From contig JAPDJW010000001.1 in the NCBI GenBank assembly GCA_029258885.1, forward strand, positions 36,089 through 100,088: a stretch of 64,000 nucleotides of DNA, read 5' to 3'. A program made the position numbers and the translations under genes. The notes below the pieces were generated by a model. That model was given only the letters and a program-made list of their open reading frames with translations. It ran no database searches and was not told the origin of the DNA. Below are positions 28,920 to 42,706 of this stretch, in pieces (the first letter of the stretch is position 1; the number at the start of each line of letters is the position of its first letter). Origin of the DNA: Thermoproteota archaeon (GTDB lineage Archaea; Thermoproteota; Thermoprotei; Thermofilales; B9-G17).

Positions 28920-30701
28920 TTATTCCTTTACTGAGCTAATAAGTTCTCTATAGTTTACTAGCTCCTTATAGTAGCATATCATTTTCATGAATTTCTCTTT
29001 ATCGATGTAGCCATGGGGCGATGGTACTTCGAAAATCCTGTCGGGAATTATCAGCTTGTCGATATCGAAGCCATTAATTATCTTGAACTTCAATTTTTCT
29101 CTATGTATTTTCTGTCCTATCGAGAATAGCTCTTCGACTTCGTGCTCTTGTCCTAAGACTTTTAAAGCTTTGGAGACCGTTTCGGGCGTGTATATTCCTC
29201 TGGAGAATAAACATACAACTAAGCTAGTTAATACTTGACGCCACTCCTCCTCCTCCAATAGCTTCTCTACGTACTCCTTCCCGTAAACGTTCTTTCCTAA
29301 ATTCTTCTGGTCAAAGGAGTATCCAGCCATATCCAGGTGACTATGCCTAGAGCCTAGTAGTAATCCGAGATGGCCTAATGGACCTGTATGGTATCCCGCC
29401 ATCTCTAAACCACCGAATTGTAACGCATATTCTTTCCCTCCATATTTCTCCGATGCATACTTTACACCTTTAGCTAATGCCGCATATAGTTCACCCCTTT
29501 GATACGCTATGTTTTCGATAATTTTCATGTAAGTCTCTGCGTCTCCCCATCTAGGCTCTAACCCCAGAGTATCGTCCTTACTTACCAATCCTCTCTCGTA
29601 AGCCTCAGTGAGCCACGCGAGAACTACGCCAGTGCTCATGGCGTCGAGGCCGTACACGTCGACCTTATCTATCAGTAGTAACATGTCAGTTGGATCGTTT
29701 ATGCCGAGCATTGTACCTAGAGAGTATATGGGCTCATAATCGTAGGAAACAAATATAGTCTGTTTAAAGTATGGCTCATCTTCGTAAGGTATCGTCACTG
29801 CAGCTAGGTGAATACAAGCTACTGGACAGTGAGCGCATGAAACACGCCTACCCAAATACTCCTCAGCTAAGTTCTCACCGGATACCTTATCAGCGTTTTC
29901 GAAAAAGCTCTGTTGTAGATTCCTAGTGGGCAGGGCCTTTATTTTATTAAGAACCCTTATATTCATTGCAGTGCCTAAATCATGGTACTTCTTCATGGCG
30001 GCGGTTTCAACAGCCTTCCTATATATCTCGTCGTAGAGTTTCCTGTAAAGCGTTTTCTCCTTAACAGGTATACTTCTCTTTCCCGAGATAACGAACGCCT
30101 TAAGCTTTTTACTTCCAAAAACCGCTCCCAGCCCAAGTCTTCCGAAGTGTCTATATGTTTCCGTCACCACACATGCGTATCTAACGAGATTCTCTCCAGC
30201 AATGCCAATACGCATTATACTCCTAATTCCCGATCCCGGCTCAACCTCCCTAATAATCCTACCTACGGTATGACTTGAACGCATGCCCCATAATGTTTTA
30301 GCGTTCCTGAAGTAAACCCTGTCACCGTGGACAGCTACATATATGGGTATATCGCTAGCACCCCTAAGGACTATTGCTCCATAGCCAGCCAACCTAATAG
30401 CTACACCGCTCCTGCCGCCAGCGTGGCTCTCACCCAGGTTTCCGGTAAGCGGGCTTTTGAACATAGCAACAGTTTTAGACGCCATCGGAAAGACGCCGTT
30501 TAGAGGCCCCACAGCGAAAACTATCACATTTTCAGGTCCTAGGGGATCCGTCTTACTGCTAACTTCCTCACTCAATAGCTTTATTGCAACTCCCGTTCCT
30601 CCGATATTCTCTTCAAAGAGTTCAGGCCTATTTTCAACCCAATACCTTTTCCTCGCAAGATCTATATATAATACCCTAGCTAAGGTATCCATCCTCCTCA
30701 C
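28920..30701 (-). CDS. aor: aldehyde:ferredoxin oxidoreductase family (tungstopterin) enzyme
   Basis: N-terminal LYIDLARKRYWVE...GGTGVAIKLL, GPLNG, the cluster-binding Cys region (CAHCPVAC), 593 aa. Confidence 0.9.
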   Translation of the reverse strand: MRRMDTLARVLYIDLARKRYWVENRPELFEENIGGTGVAIKLLSEEVSSKTDPLGPENVIVFAVGPLNGVFPMASKTVAMFKSPLTGNLGESHAGGRSGVAIRLAGYGAIVLRGASDIPIYVAVHGDRVYFRNAKTLWGMRSSHTVGRIIREVEPGSGIRSIMRIGIAGENLVRYACVVTETYRHFGRLGLGAVFGSKKLKAFVISGKRSIPVKEKTLYRKLYDEIYRKAVETAAMKKYHDLGTAMNIRVLNKIKALPTRNLQQSFFENADKVSGENLAEEYLGRRVSCAHCPVACIHLAAVTIPYEDEPYFKQTIFVSYDYEPIYSLGTMLGINDPTDMLLLIDKVDVYGLDAMSTGVVLAWLTEAYERGLVSKDDTLGLEPRWGDAETYMKIIENIAYQRGELYAALAKGVKYASEKYGGKEYALQFGGLEMAGYHTGPLGHLGLLLGSRHSHLDMAGYSFDQKNLGKNVYGKEYVEKLLEEEEWRQVLTSLVVCLFSRGIYTPETVSKALKVLGQEHEVEELFSIGQKIHREKLKFKIINGFDIDKLIIPDRIFEVPSPHGYIDKEKFMKMICYYKELVNYRELISSVKE

Positions 30702-31096
30702 CTCTCCTCAATTTCCAGTACACCGTGGGGACAGTAATTAACACAGTATCCGCAGTGAGTACAAATTATGGGCTTATTTGCAACATTATCCCAGAATATG
30801 GCACCAATAATACATGCATTAACACAGGAGCCACAGCCTATACATTTATCAGGTATAAGCGTAACTCCACCACCTTTTCTTGGAACGAGAGCATCCACAG
30901 GACAAGCCTTAGCACAGGGAGGATCAGTGCATGCACGACAAACAACGACCGTAAACCCCCTCTCAACGCCTCCAACGCTCCTCACGATAATAGCGCTTCT
31001 CTCTAAGCCGCCATCCCCAAACCTCCTACTACAAGCAAACATACATAACTGGCATCCAACACATCGATTCACATCCACAACAGATATTCTAGACAA
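30698..31096 (-). CDS. poly-[4Fe-4S] ferredoxin-like subunit, co-transcribed with AOR
   Basis: Four Cys motifs (CVGCQLCMFAC, CRACTDPPCAKACP, CIGCGSCVNAC, CTHCGYCVNYCP). 4-nt overlap with the aor start. Confidence 0.85.
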   Translation of the reverse strand: MSRISVVDVNRCVGCQLCMFACSRRFGDGGLERSAIIVRSVGGVERGFTVVVCRACTDPPCAKACPVDALVPRKGGGVTLIPDKCIGCGSCVNACIIGAIFWDNVANKPIICTHCGYCVNYCPHGVLEIEER

Positions 31097-31213
31097 AATT
31101 TCTCACCCCATCCCTCAACAACAAACTCAAATAAATTATTTACCCTGAATAAGCCAAGTAGGCAGACACTTAAAACGAAAAATTTAAGAAGAATATAAAG
31201 AATATCTATTCGA

Positions 31214-31288
31214 GGGCCCGTAGCTTAGCCTGGCCGGAGCATCCGGCTGATAACCGGAAGGTCGTGGGTTCGAATCCCACCGGGCCCA
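31214..31288 (+). tRNA. tRNA-Ile (GAU)
   Basis: Hand-folded. GGGCCCG/CGGGCCC acceptor, anticodon arm TCCGG-CTGATAA-CCGGA, T arm GTGGG-TTCGAAT-CCCAC, discriminator A. Confidence 0.9.
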
Positions 31289-31378
31289 CCTCCTTACAAA
31301 TAACAGTTAAATAGAAGGACTCCCACCCCACCTATTTTCACATAAAAGTAGAGTAAACAATATAAGGAGGAAAAAGGA

Positions 31379-31387
31379 TTTATATAA
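31379..31387 (+). promoter_or_regulatory. candidate TATA box (with purine-rich BRE-like AAAAAGGA upstream) of the rRNA operon
   Basis: TTTATATAA lies immediately before the switch from AT-rich to GC-rich leader sequence at ~31390, about 200 nt upstream of the 16S 5' end. Confidence 0.5.
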
Positions 31388-31538
31388 TGCCCCGCAACCC
31401 TCCGGCGGCCCAGTCAGATAGGGGCGTATCGCTCCGAAATGAAAGACTGGCCTCCGGTTGCGGGGAAAGCCTCACACTCACGATGTGGATCTAAGCAACC
31501 CAGCCCTAGAGAAGGGGGCTGGACGCTTAGATCCGAAA

Positions 31539-31570
31539 AAGCCAGCAAGCCCACCGCGAAATGTCCGCCC
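31539..31570 (+). other. 5' strand of the 16S rRNA processing stem (pairs with 33094-33125)
   Basis: AAGCCAGCAAGCCCACC (31539-31555) is perfectly complementary to GGTGGGCTTGCTGGCTT (33109-33125). GTCCGCCC (31563-31570) pairs with GGGCGGAC (33094-33101). This is the typical archaeal bulge-helix-bulge pre-rRNA stem. Confidence 0.8.
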
Positions 31571-31589
31571 GAAAAGCCTTGCGGCTTAA

Positions 31590-33087
<1,498 letters not shown>

Positions 33088-33185
33088 CTTATCGGGCGGA
33101 CTCGCTAAGGTGGGCTTGCTGGCTTCATGTAATGCAACCCGGGAGGTAACCTCTCGGGTGAAGGGCACGAATTCTAAAGATGTGT

Positions 33186-33229
33186 GCCATGCATAGGATA
33201 CGCCCACGTATTCCACGCCAGCTAGATCT
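33186..33229 (+). other. 5' strand of the 23S rRNA processing stem (pairs with ~36364-36408)
   Basis: GCCATGCATAGGATACGCCCACGTATTCCACGCCAGCTAGATC versus the reverse complement of GGTCTGGCTGGCGTGGACGTAGAGGGTGTGTCCTATGCATGGC. This is a long interrupted helix flanking the 23S. Confidence 0.7.
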
Positions 33230-36362
<3,133 letters not shown>

Positions 36363-36457
36363 AGGTCTGGCTGGCGTGGACGTAGAGGGTGTGTCCTATG
36401 CATGGCACGGGGAAATGTTTTTAAATAGCTTTCATTCCCTTTTCTGTAGGTTAAATC

Positions 36458-38038
36458 ATGTTTAGAGAGGTTTATCAGGAGATATATCTCCCGGATTCGA
36501 CGGCTATTACGTCGGGTATACTTAGGCGTTGGGTAGATGAGGGTAGGATTGAGGGTAGGATTGCTATTCATTCTCTACTAGTTTCATATTTTGAGGATTT
36601 AGCGAGGAAGGGTATGAGTCAAGGCTTTATTGGGTTGGAGGAGCTTGGGCTTTTAAGAAAGTCCTGCGAAGATAGGGATGGTGTTGAGATTGAGGTTGTT
36701 AGGGATATTCCTCAAGGCTATAGGGTTTCTAGAGACTTAAATGTCGATGAGGTTGTTAGAGAGCTTGCAAGGGACTGGAATGCTACTGTAATTACGTGTG
36801 ATAGGATACAGTATAGGACATGTATTGCTTCTGGCGTTAAGGCATTGTTCTTAGGTGATGAATCTAGGGACGGCTTTCTTATTGAAAAGTTCTTTGATGA
36901 TAAAACTATGTCTGTTCATCTGAAAGAAGGCGTTATACCTTATGCTAAAATAGGCACTCCCGGGAAGTGGAAGTTTAAGCTTCTGGATTCAAAGCCTATT
37001 TCTAGAGCTGAACTTGAGGGTATAGTTAGAAACATATATGAGGTTGCCAGGGAATCTAGGGACGCCTTCATTGAGGTTGAGAGGCCTGGCTCTACAATAA
37101 TTCAGATTAAAAACTATAGGATAGTTATAACTAGACCTCCTTTCTCCGATGGATTGGAGGTAACGGCTGTTAGGCCGGTCATTAAGCTTAAGCTTGAAGA
37201 CTATAATTTACCTAAAAAATTGATTGTGAGGCTGGAGGAGAAGGCGGAGGGTATTCTAATAGCTGGCGCTCCTGGAATGGGTAAAACAACTTTCGCCCAG
37301 GCACTAGCGGAATATTACATGAGAAAAGGAAAGGTAGTTAAGACCGTGGAGTCCCCAAGAGACATGCAGTTGCCGGATGAAATAACACAGTATTCTAAGA
37401 ATTACGCTACATCAGAGGAGATACATGATGTACTTCTGCTTTCGAGGCCCGATTATACGGTTTTCGATGAGATGAGGGATACTAAGGATTTTGAGCTCTA
37501 CACGGATTTGAGGCTAGCTGGGATTGGATTAATTGGCGTTGTACATGCAACTTCAGCTATAGATGCTATTCAGAGGTTTGTAGGGAGAGTGGAGCTTGGA
37601 ATGATTCCGTCCATAATAGATACGGTGATATTCATCAAGGATGGCGCCATAAACAAGGTATATGAGCTGGAGACTACGGTGAAAATTCCGTATGGATTAA
37701 GGGAGGCGGATCTAGCAAGGCCGGTGGTTGTAGTAAAAGATTTTCTTACAGGAAAACCTGAGTATGAAATGTATGTTTTCGGCGAGAGGACATTTGTTGT
37801 CCCCATAAAGAGGTACGAAAGTAAAGAGGAAAAACGTATAAGGAGAAGTATAGAGAAGATTATCCGTAGATATATTCCGGATGAAAGCATTGATATAGAC
37901 GTGCTTAGCGAGGGGAAGGTAATTATTTCAATAGACCCGGAATATTTGCCGATTATTATGGGAAAATTCAAGAAGAGGATAGATAGAGTCGGCAAAAGGC
38001 TGGGGGTCGATATAGAAGTAAGGCCTAAATTATCTTAG
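36458..38038 (+). CDS. PIN-domain / PilT-type ATPase / KH-domain protein (COG1855-like)
   Basis: N-terminal PIN-like YLPDSTAITSG, Walker A GAPGMGKTTFAQALAEYY, Walker B TVFDEMRD, and a C-terminal KH-like segment. A TATA-like TTTTTAAATA sits ~30 nt upstream of the ATG. Confidence 0.75.
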   Translation: MFREVYQEIYLPDSTAITSGILRRWVDEGRIEGRIAIHSLLVSYFEDLARKGMSQGFIGLEELGLLRKSCEDRDGVEIEVVRDIPQGYRVSRDLNVDEVVRELARDWNATVITCDRIQYRTCIASGVKALFLGDESRDGFLIEKFFDDKTMSVHLKEGVIPYAKIGTPGKWKFKLLDSKPISRAELEGIVRNIYEVARESRDAFIEVERPGSTIIQIKNYRIVITRPPFSDGLEVTAVRPVIKLKLEDYNLPKKLIVRLEEKAEGILIAGAPGMGKTTFAQALAEYYMRKGKVVKTVESPRDMQLPDEITQYSKNYATSEEIHDVLLLSRPDYTVFDEMRDTKDFELYTDLRLAGIGLIGVVHATSAIDAIQRFVGRVELGMIPSIIDTVIFIKDGAINKVYELETTVKIPYGLREADLARPVVVVKDFLTGKPEYEMYVFGERTFVVPIKRYESKEEKRIRRSIEKIIRRYIPDESIDIDVLSEGKVIISIDPEYLPIIMGKFKKRIDRVGKRLGVDIEVRPKLS

Positions 38039-38166
38039 TTTCATTAACTATACTAAATTTATAAGGTGAAATAGTATAGCATGTGGTATCTAAACGTAAA
38101 GCATAATTATGAGAGCTACCCTATGCCTTATAGGGATTGCTCTTCTCAGTAAAGTTAGGTGTTGGC

Positions 38167-39117
38167 ATGGCTGTAAGAACATGCAGGAACTGTATCCATT
38201 ATTCACCATCCACCGGATTTTGCCTAAAACTTATGAGGTTCATCAGTGATCCAAATAATCCTCCATGTATAGGTGTTCAAGCTATATCACCAAGCATCAA
38301 TCAACAAGTAAGCAATCCTGTTGTACAAACAGTAAGCGAAGATCAAGATCTAGGTGCTGTCGTAATTAGAGGGAAGCCTAGATATGATAGGGTATATGCT
38401 AAAACGGGTATAGAGCTCCTGGATAAGTTGCTCGGTGGAGGATTTCTAAGAGGAAAAACGTATCTTGTGGCGGGAGAGACGGGGTGTGGAAAAACTATTT
38501 TCTCTCTTCAATTTCTCGTTTATGGAGCGTTAAACGGGGAGCCTGGAGTATACTTAGCGATAGATGAACCCACAGAACATCTACTACGAGGTATTAAGAG
38601 GCTTGGATGGGACGTAACCGAATTGATAGAGGACGGTAAACTGTTATTCCTTGACATGCGAACGCATTTCAGCAAAATATATATGAAGGAGGAGAGAAAG
38701 AAGATAGAGCCTCGTTTCATTATTGAATCAATAATCAATAATATTAGGAAGATTAAAGCTAAGAGGCTAGTGATAGACCCCGTTGCACCTCTAATGTATG
38801 GTGGTTCAACCGATGTATTATATGCAAGGGAGTTCTTAAGAGAAATGGTGTTTTCTCTGGAAAAGCTCAGGACTGTTACCACAATAATGACCAGCGAAAT
38901 ACCGAGTGGAAGCAATAAACTTAGTCGTTTCGGAGTAGAGGAATTTCTTGCCTCAGGTATAATAGTTCTATCTCTAAATGAGATTAGGGGGAGGATCCTA
39001 AGGGTAATGTATATCAGGAAGGCCAGATGGGCGCCTGTACATCCATGCAAATATGTCTTTGAAATTGTGCCAGGTAAAGGTATAGTATTGAAGGGACCGC
39101 TTGAGAATTATGTTTAA
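38167..39117 (+). CDS. single-domain KaiC/RadB-like RecA-superfamily ATPase with N-terminal zinc-ribbon-like segment
   Basis: CRNC...C...C N-terminus. LDKLLGGGFLRGKTYLVAGETGCGKTIFSLQF (Walker A), RLVIDPV (Walker B). ATG at 38167 preferred to the upstream TTG. Confidence 0.75.
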   Translation: MAVRTCRNCIHYSPSTGFCLKLMRFISDPNNPPCIGVQAISPSINQQVSNPVVQTVSEDQDLGAVVIRGKPRYDRVYAKTGIELLDKLLGGGFLRGKTYLVAGETGCGKTIFSLQFLVYGALNGEPGVYLAIDEPTEHLLRGIKRLGWDVTELIEDGKLLFLDMRTHFSKIYMKEERKKIEPRFIIESIINNIRKIKAKRLVIDPVAPLMYGGSTDVLYAREFLREMVFSLEKLRTVTTIMTSEIPSGSNKLSRFGVEEFLASGIIVLSLNEIRGRILRVMYIRKARWAPVHPCKYVFEIVPGKGIVLKGPLENYV

Positions 39118-39348
39118 GAGCTAGTCTATGAATGCTGAAAGCATAGCTGTTGTAATAAAGTATAGAGTCAATGGCGTTCTTGATAACTAATATATTTCAA
39201 CTACTACTATTGGGGGCCGTAATAGGTCATATTAAAATAGTAATGAGTGTAGCATGATAATAATAGGAAAATATTAGGAGAATATTAGGCAGTATTGCGA
39301 TATCGACAGTATTTAGGGTATTTTAATAGTTAGGCAGAGATAAAAACC

Positions 39349-39720
39349 ATGTTATACAAGAAGAAGCATGATAAGGTGCCCTATAGGAGTTATAATGATC
39401 TCAAACGATTGGTACTTTATGCGTTAATGAAATTGGTGAAAAAGGCTAAAGGAAGTTGTGTAACCTTTACTAGCAAGAAAATAGCCATTACGGCAGGTTT
39501 ACCCGTCCAACCTATTCTTCTAACGGTTATTAGAGATATACTGGATGGACTATGTGATAATAAGCTAATTTTAAGGTATAGTAAAAGCAGTCACGGAATA
39601 AAATATATGATCGTTAGTACAAGTCCTCTCTGGAAATACCTTAAGAGTCTAAGCGATTTCCAGGAGGTAGAAGTATATAAAATCGAGAAAATAGGTGAAG
39701 TAGCTATTTCAACAAAATAA
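39349..39720 (+). CDS. hypothetical protein, possible winged-helix DNA-binding protein
   Basis: 123 aa. The central segment TFTSKKIAITAGLPVQPILLTVIRDILDGLCDNKLILRY looks like an HTH plus wing. It is preceded by an iterated-motif region. Confidence 0.35.
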   Translation: MLYKKKHDKVPYRSYNDLKRLVLYALMKLVKKAKGSCVTFTSKKIAITAGLPVQPILLTVIRDILDGLCDNKLILRYSKSSHGIKYMIVSTSPLWKYLKSLSDFQEVEVYKIEKIGEVAISTK

Positions 39721-39793
39721 CATTTTCTATCCTAGGTAATAAAACTAATATTGCCTTTTTCCTATAGATAGAAGGCTCACATTAGGTGGTATA

Positions 39794-40162
39794 ATGGAAT
39801 TTAAAGGTATCTTGGAGAGGATAGAGCCTAGATCTCCGGAAAGAGTTACTGCGTTAATTATTAGATCTATAGATAAGCGAATTGAAATGGAGCTGGAGGT
39901 ACCTAATGCTGTCTTAAACCTTTTAGATAAAGCTAAGCTTAAAGAGGGCGCAAAGGTTAGCGTAAACATTTCTAAGAAGGGATTAAAGGCTGATGAATGG
40001 GAGTTATTAATGAATGGTAACTTATACCTGGCAAAGGAAAGCGAGGGTGTACGTGTATACTTCGTATCTTTAGGTGGATTAAGATGCCGAATAAGATCTG
40101 CTAGAAAGCTTAGATGGAAGCTCATGGATAAGCTCTATGTAGGTCTAAACTTTATAAAATAA
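39794..40162 (+). CDS. rpo8: probable RNA polymerase subunit Rpo8 (RpoG, Rpb8 homolog)
   Basis: The C-terminal VYFVSLGGLRCRIRSARKLRWKLMDKLYVGL parallels the eukaryotic Rpb8 motif VYYSFGGLLMRLEG...AYLLI. The N-terminal half has the alternating beta pattern (IEMELEVPNAVLNLL..GAKVSVNIS) of the Rpb8 barrel. 122 aa. Confidence 0.5.
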   Translation: MEFKGILERIEPRSPERVTALIIRSIDKRIEMELEVPNAVLNLLDKAKLKEGAKVSVNISKKGLKADEWELLMNGNLYLAKESEGVRVYFVSLGGLRCRIRSARKLRWKLMDKLYVGLNFIK

Positions 40163-40326
40163 CTAGCAACATCTATCGCCTAGGAGTAAAATTATTTTTC
40201 GCTATTTCATGGTCTAAATAAATTTTCTAGTGAGTTTATATGCTTGGTGGCAATACCCATATTAAAGTGATGAACATAATGTAAAATAAAATTATGCTTA
40301 TGAAATAATATCGAGCGTGAAGTTTC

Positions 40327-40620
40327 ATGGTGTCGATGAGTGATGTGCAAAGGATTAGAGATTGGGCCTTGGCAAATAACTTTAGAGTAGTTTTCTCCTT
40401 CGAAAAATACCCATACGTGTTAGTCATAGATCGTGTAATACATGCCAGAGATAATAACGATGTTGTAGTAGATTGGTCCAAAGCATTTGGATCAAAACTT
40501 CCACATCAAGTCCTCTCCAGTCTAAAACTCAGAAGAATAGTCATCTTAAGAAAAAACATAGAAATTATGTTCTTCAATAGCCTAACTAAATTCATGTCAC
40601 ATGTCAGGGAGCAGAAGTAA
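40327..40620 (+). CDS. hypothetical protein
   Basis: 97-aa ORF with no motif. It competes with an antisense 81-aa ORF; coding status is uncertain. Confidence 0.25.
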   Translation: MVSMSDVQRIRDWALANNFRVVFSFEKYPYVLVIDRVIHARDNNDVVVDWSKAFGSKLPHQVLSSLKLRRIVILRKNIEIMFFNSLTKFMSHVREQK

Positions 40621-40624
40621 AACG

Positions 40625-40698
40625 TGGGCCCGGTGGGATTCGAACCCACGACCCCCGGGTTATGAGCCCGGTGCTCTACCTGGCTAAGCTACGGGCCA
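40625..40698 (-). tRNA. tRNA with CAU anticodon (Met, or Ile2 if C34 is agmatinylated)
   Basis: The minus strand reads TGGCCCG-TA-GCTT-AGCCAGGTA-GAGC-A-CCGGG-CTCATAA-CCCGG-GGGTC-GTGGG-TTCGAAT-CCCAC-CGGGCCC-A. Positions 1:72 read as a U-C mismatch. Confidence 0.85.
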
Positions 40699-40805
40699 AT
40701 AATATAAAGTTGATAATATAATTTAAGTTTTTCTCCATAGCTAATGTATGTCGAGACATTAATTAATATATAAGCTCCACAGAAGTATTGACGAGGAACT
40801 TAGCT

Positions 40806-42395
40806 ATGAGCTTCGAAATAATAGATAAGGATCTATTAGGTAGAATAGGCAGACTATACACTAGCCATGGCGTTATAGAGACTCCTGCAATAGCGCCAGT
40901 TATAAATCCGGCTAAGATGACGATTAGCCCAGATACCATCGTGAGGATGGGCTTTAAGCTGATTATGACAAACGCATACATAATTTGGAAGAGATTTGGG
41001 CTGCTTGGAGTAGAGATGGGCGTGCATGGACTTCTAGGAGTGAAAACGCCGATAATGACGGATTCCGGTGCTTATCAATTGATGGAATACGGTGAAGTGG
41101 ATATTGACCCGGATAGTATATTAGAATATCAGGAGGATATAGGCAGCGATATAGCCGTAATTTTGGATATTCCTACGCGATATAATACCCCCAGGGATGT
41201 TGTTGTAGAGGAGGTTAGGGAGACTATTGATCGGGCTATAAATGCCATAAAAAAGAGGAGAAGAAACGATATCTTACTAGTTGCTCCTATCCAAGGGGGT
41301 ATATACTATGATGTAGTTGAAGAGTGTGCAAGAGAGCTTGCAAAATATGACTTCGATGTGTATGCTATAGGGGGGCCGACTCAAATAATGGCCATGTACA
41401 AGTATAATGAGCTTGTCGATTTAATTATGCATGCGAAGATGAACATTCCTCCAAATAAGCCTGTACATCTCTTTGGAGCTGGAAATCCTATAATGTTACC
41501 TCTTGCTGTTGCTCTAGGAGTAGATCTCTTCGATTCAGCAGCCTATGCCTTATACGCAAGGGATCTAAGATACATGACTAGTACAGCCATTATCAGGTTT
41601 GAGAGGCTAAGCTATTTGCCATGTAATTGCCCCGTGTGTAGCAAGTACAGCCTAGATGACTTAAAAAGCATGCCTAGGCGGGAGCTTGAGCAAAAAATAG
41701 CATTACATAATCTATACGTAATTAAAAGGGAAATAGATGTCATAAGGAACAGAATAAGGGAGGGTAGTTTATGGGAATATATTGAGCTTAAGGCTAGGTG
41801 TCATCCAAGACTTATGGACGCTCTAGCTGAAATAGGAAAATACAAAGATTACATAGAAAAGTTTGATCCTGTAACCAAGCCGAATGCTAGAGGAATTTTC
41901 ATATATGATATACTATCGTATAACAGACCCGAGATCGTAAGGTTCCGAAAAAGGCTTATGTCTAACTTAAAGTTAGATGAAAATATAACCTTGCTGCTAC
42001 TACCGGAAACTTTTGAAAAGCCATTTCATAGATCGAAATATATAGTAGAGATCATTAACATGGTAAGGAACTGTTTGAATAATGAGAAAATTAAGGTTAT
42101 GATTTACTGTAAAGGTTTTGGTTTAATACCGCTAGAAATAGATGAACTCTATCCCTTATCACAGTATGAGGCTACCCTGAATATTTCGCTTGACGAAGTA
42201 AGCAATATCACTAATTTTATTATAGAGTATGTTGTAAAACATAAGAAGTCTATTAAAACCCTAGCTATAGTAGTTGATGAGAATAGGTGGCCGAAGATTT
42301 TTTACGAGCGCCTCAGTGAGAAGCTTAAAAACTCGGTTAAAATACTCTTCTACAGGCTGTCGAATTCGGAAGGCTTTATCGAAAATATTGAATGA
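40806..42395 (+). CDS. tgtA: archaeosine tRNA-guanine transglycosylase (ArcTGT)
   Basis: MSFEIIDKDLLGRIGRLYTSHGVIETPAI, DSGAYQ, GGP and the zinc site CNCPVC...H. ATG at 40806, with a TATA-like TTAATTAATATATAAG ~30 nt upstream. 529 aa; no clear C-terminal PUA domain recognised. Confidence 0.85.
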   Translation: MSFEIIDKDLLGRIGRLYTSHGVIETPAIAPVINPAKMTISPDTIVRMGFKLIMTNAYIIWKRFGLLGVEMGVHGLLGVKTPIMTDSGAYQLMEYGEVDIDPDSILEYQEDIGSDIAVILDIPTRYNTPRDVVVEEVRETIDRAINAIKKRRRNDILLVAPIQGGIYYDVVEECARELAKYDFDVYAIGGPTQIMAMYKYNELVDLIMHAKMNIPPNKPVHLFGAGNPIMLPLAVALGVDLFDSAAYALYARDLRYMTSTAIIRFERLSYLPCNCPVCSKYSLDDLKSMPRRELEQKIALHNLYVIKREIDVIRNRIREGSLWEYIELKARCHPRLMDALAEIGKYKDYIEKFDPVTKPNARGIFIYDILSYNRPEIVRFRKRLMSNLKLDENITLLLLPETFEKPFHRSKYIVEIINMVRNCLNNEKIKVMIYCKGFGLIPLEIDELYPLSQYEATLNISLDEVSNITNFIIEYVVKHKKSIKTLAIVVDENRWPKIFYERLSEKLKNSVKILFYRLSNSEGFIENIE

Positions 42396-42501
42396 AAAGC
42401 TATCACTCTATAACTTCAAGATAACTTTTAAATAATTGAGTTTACGATGCATATTCTAATTAGAGAAAGCTTATATTAAGGAACTATTATACATTTTGAT
42501 G

Positions 42502-42575
42502 GGGCCCGTAGCTTAGCCAGGTAGAGCACTGGGCTCTTAACCCAGGGGTCGCGGGTTCGAATCCCGCCGGGCCCG
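42502..42575 (+). tRNA. tRNA-Lys (CUU)
   Basis: GGGCCCG acceptor, anticodon arm CTGGG-CTCTTAA-CCCAG, T arm GCGGG-TTCGAAT-CCCGC, discriminator G. Confidence 0.9.
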
Positions 42576-42706
42576 CATATTTTTCATATATGTGAAAAGC
42601 AATATCTAAAGTATTAAAAAAGTTTAGCTATCTGGAAATAATAACTTAGTAAAGTTTATAAAGCATGGTTTTAAGGAGTAGCTCCTCAAGTTTTGAAGAG
42701 TGTTAA

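Noticed and set aside
39118-40698. Loosely packed region with small unknown ORFs ending at a tRNA gene, considered as a remnant integrated element
   Set aside because: No integrase, no duplicated tRNA 3' segment (att repeat) and no viral or plasmid hallmark genes. One of the ORFs appears to be the housekeeping Rpo8.
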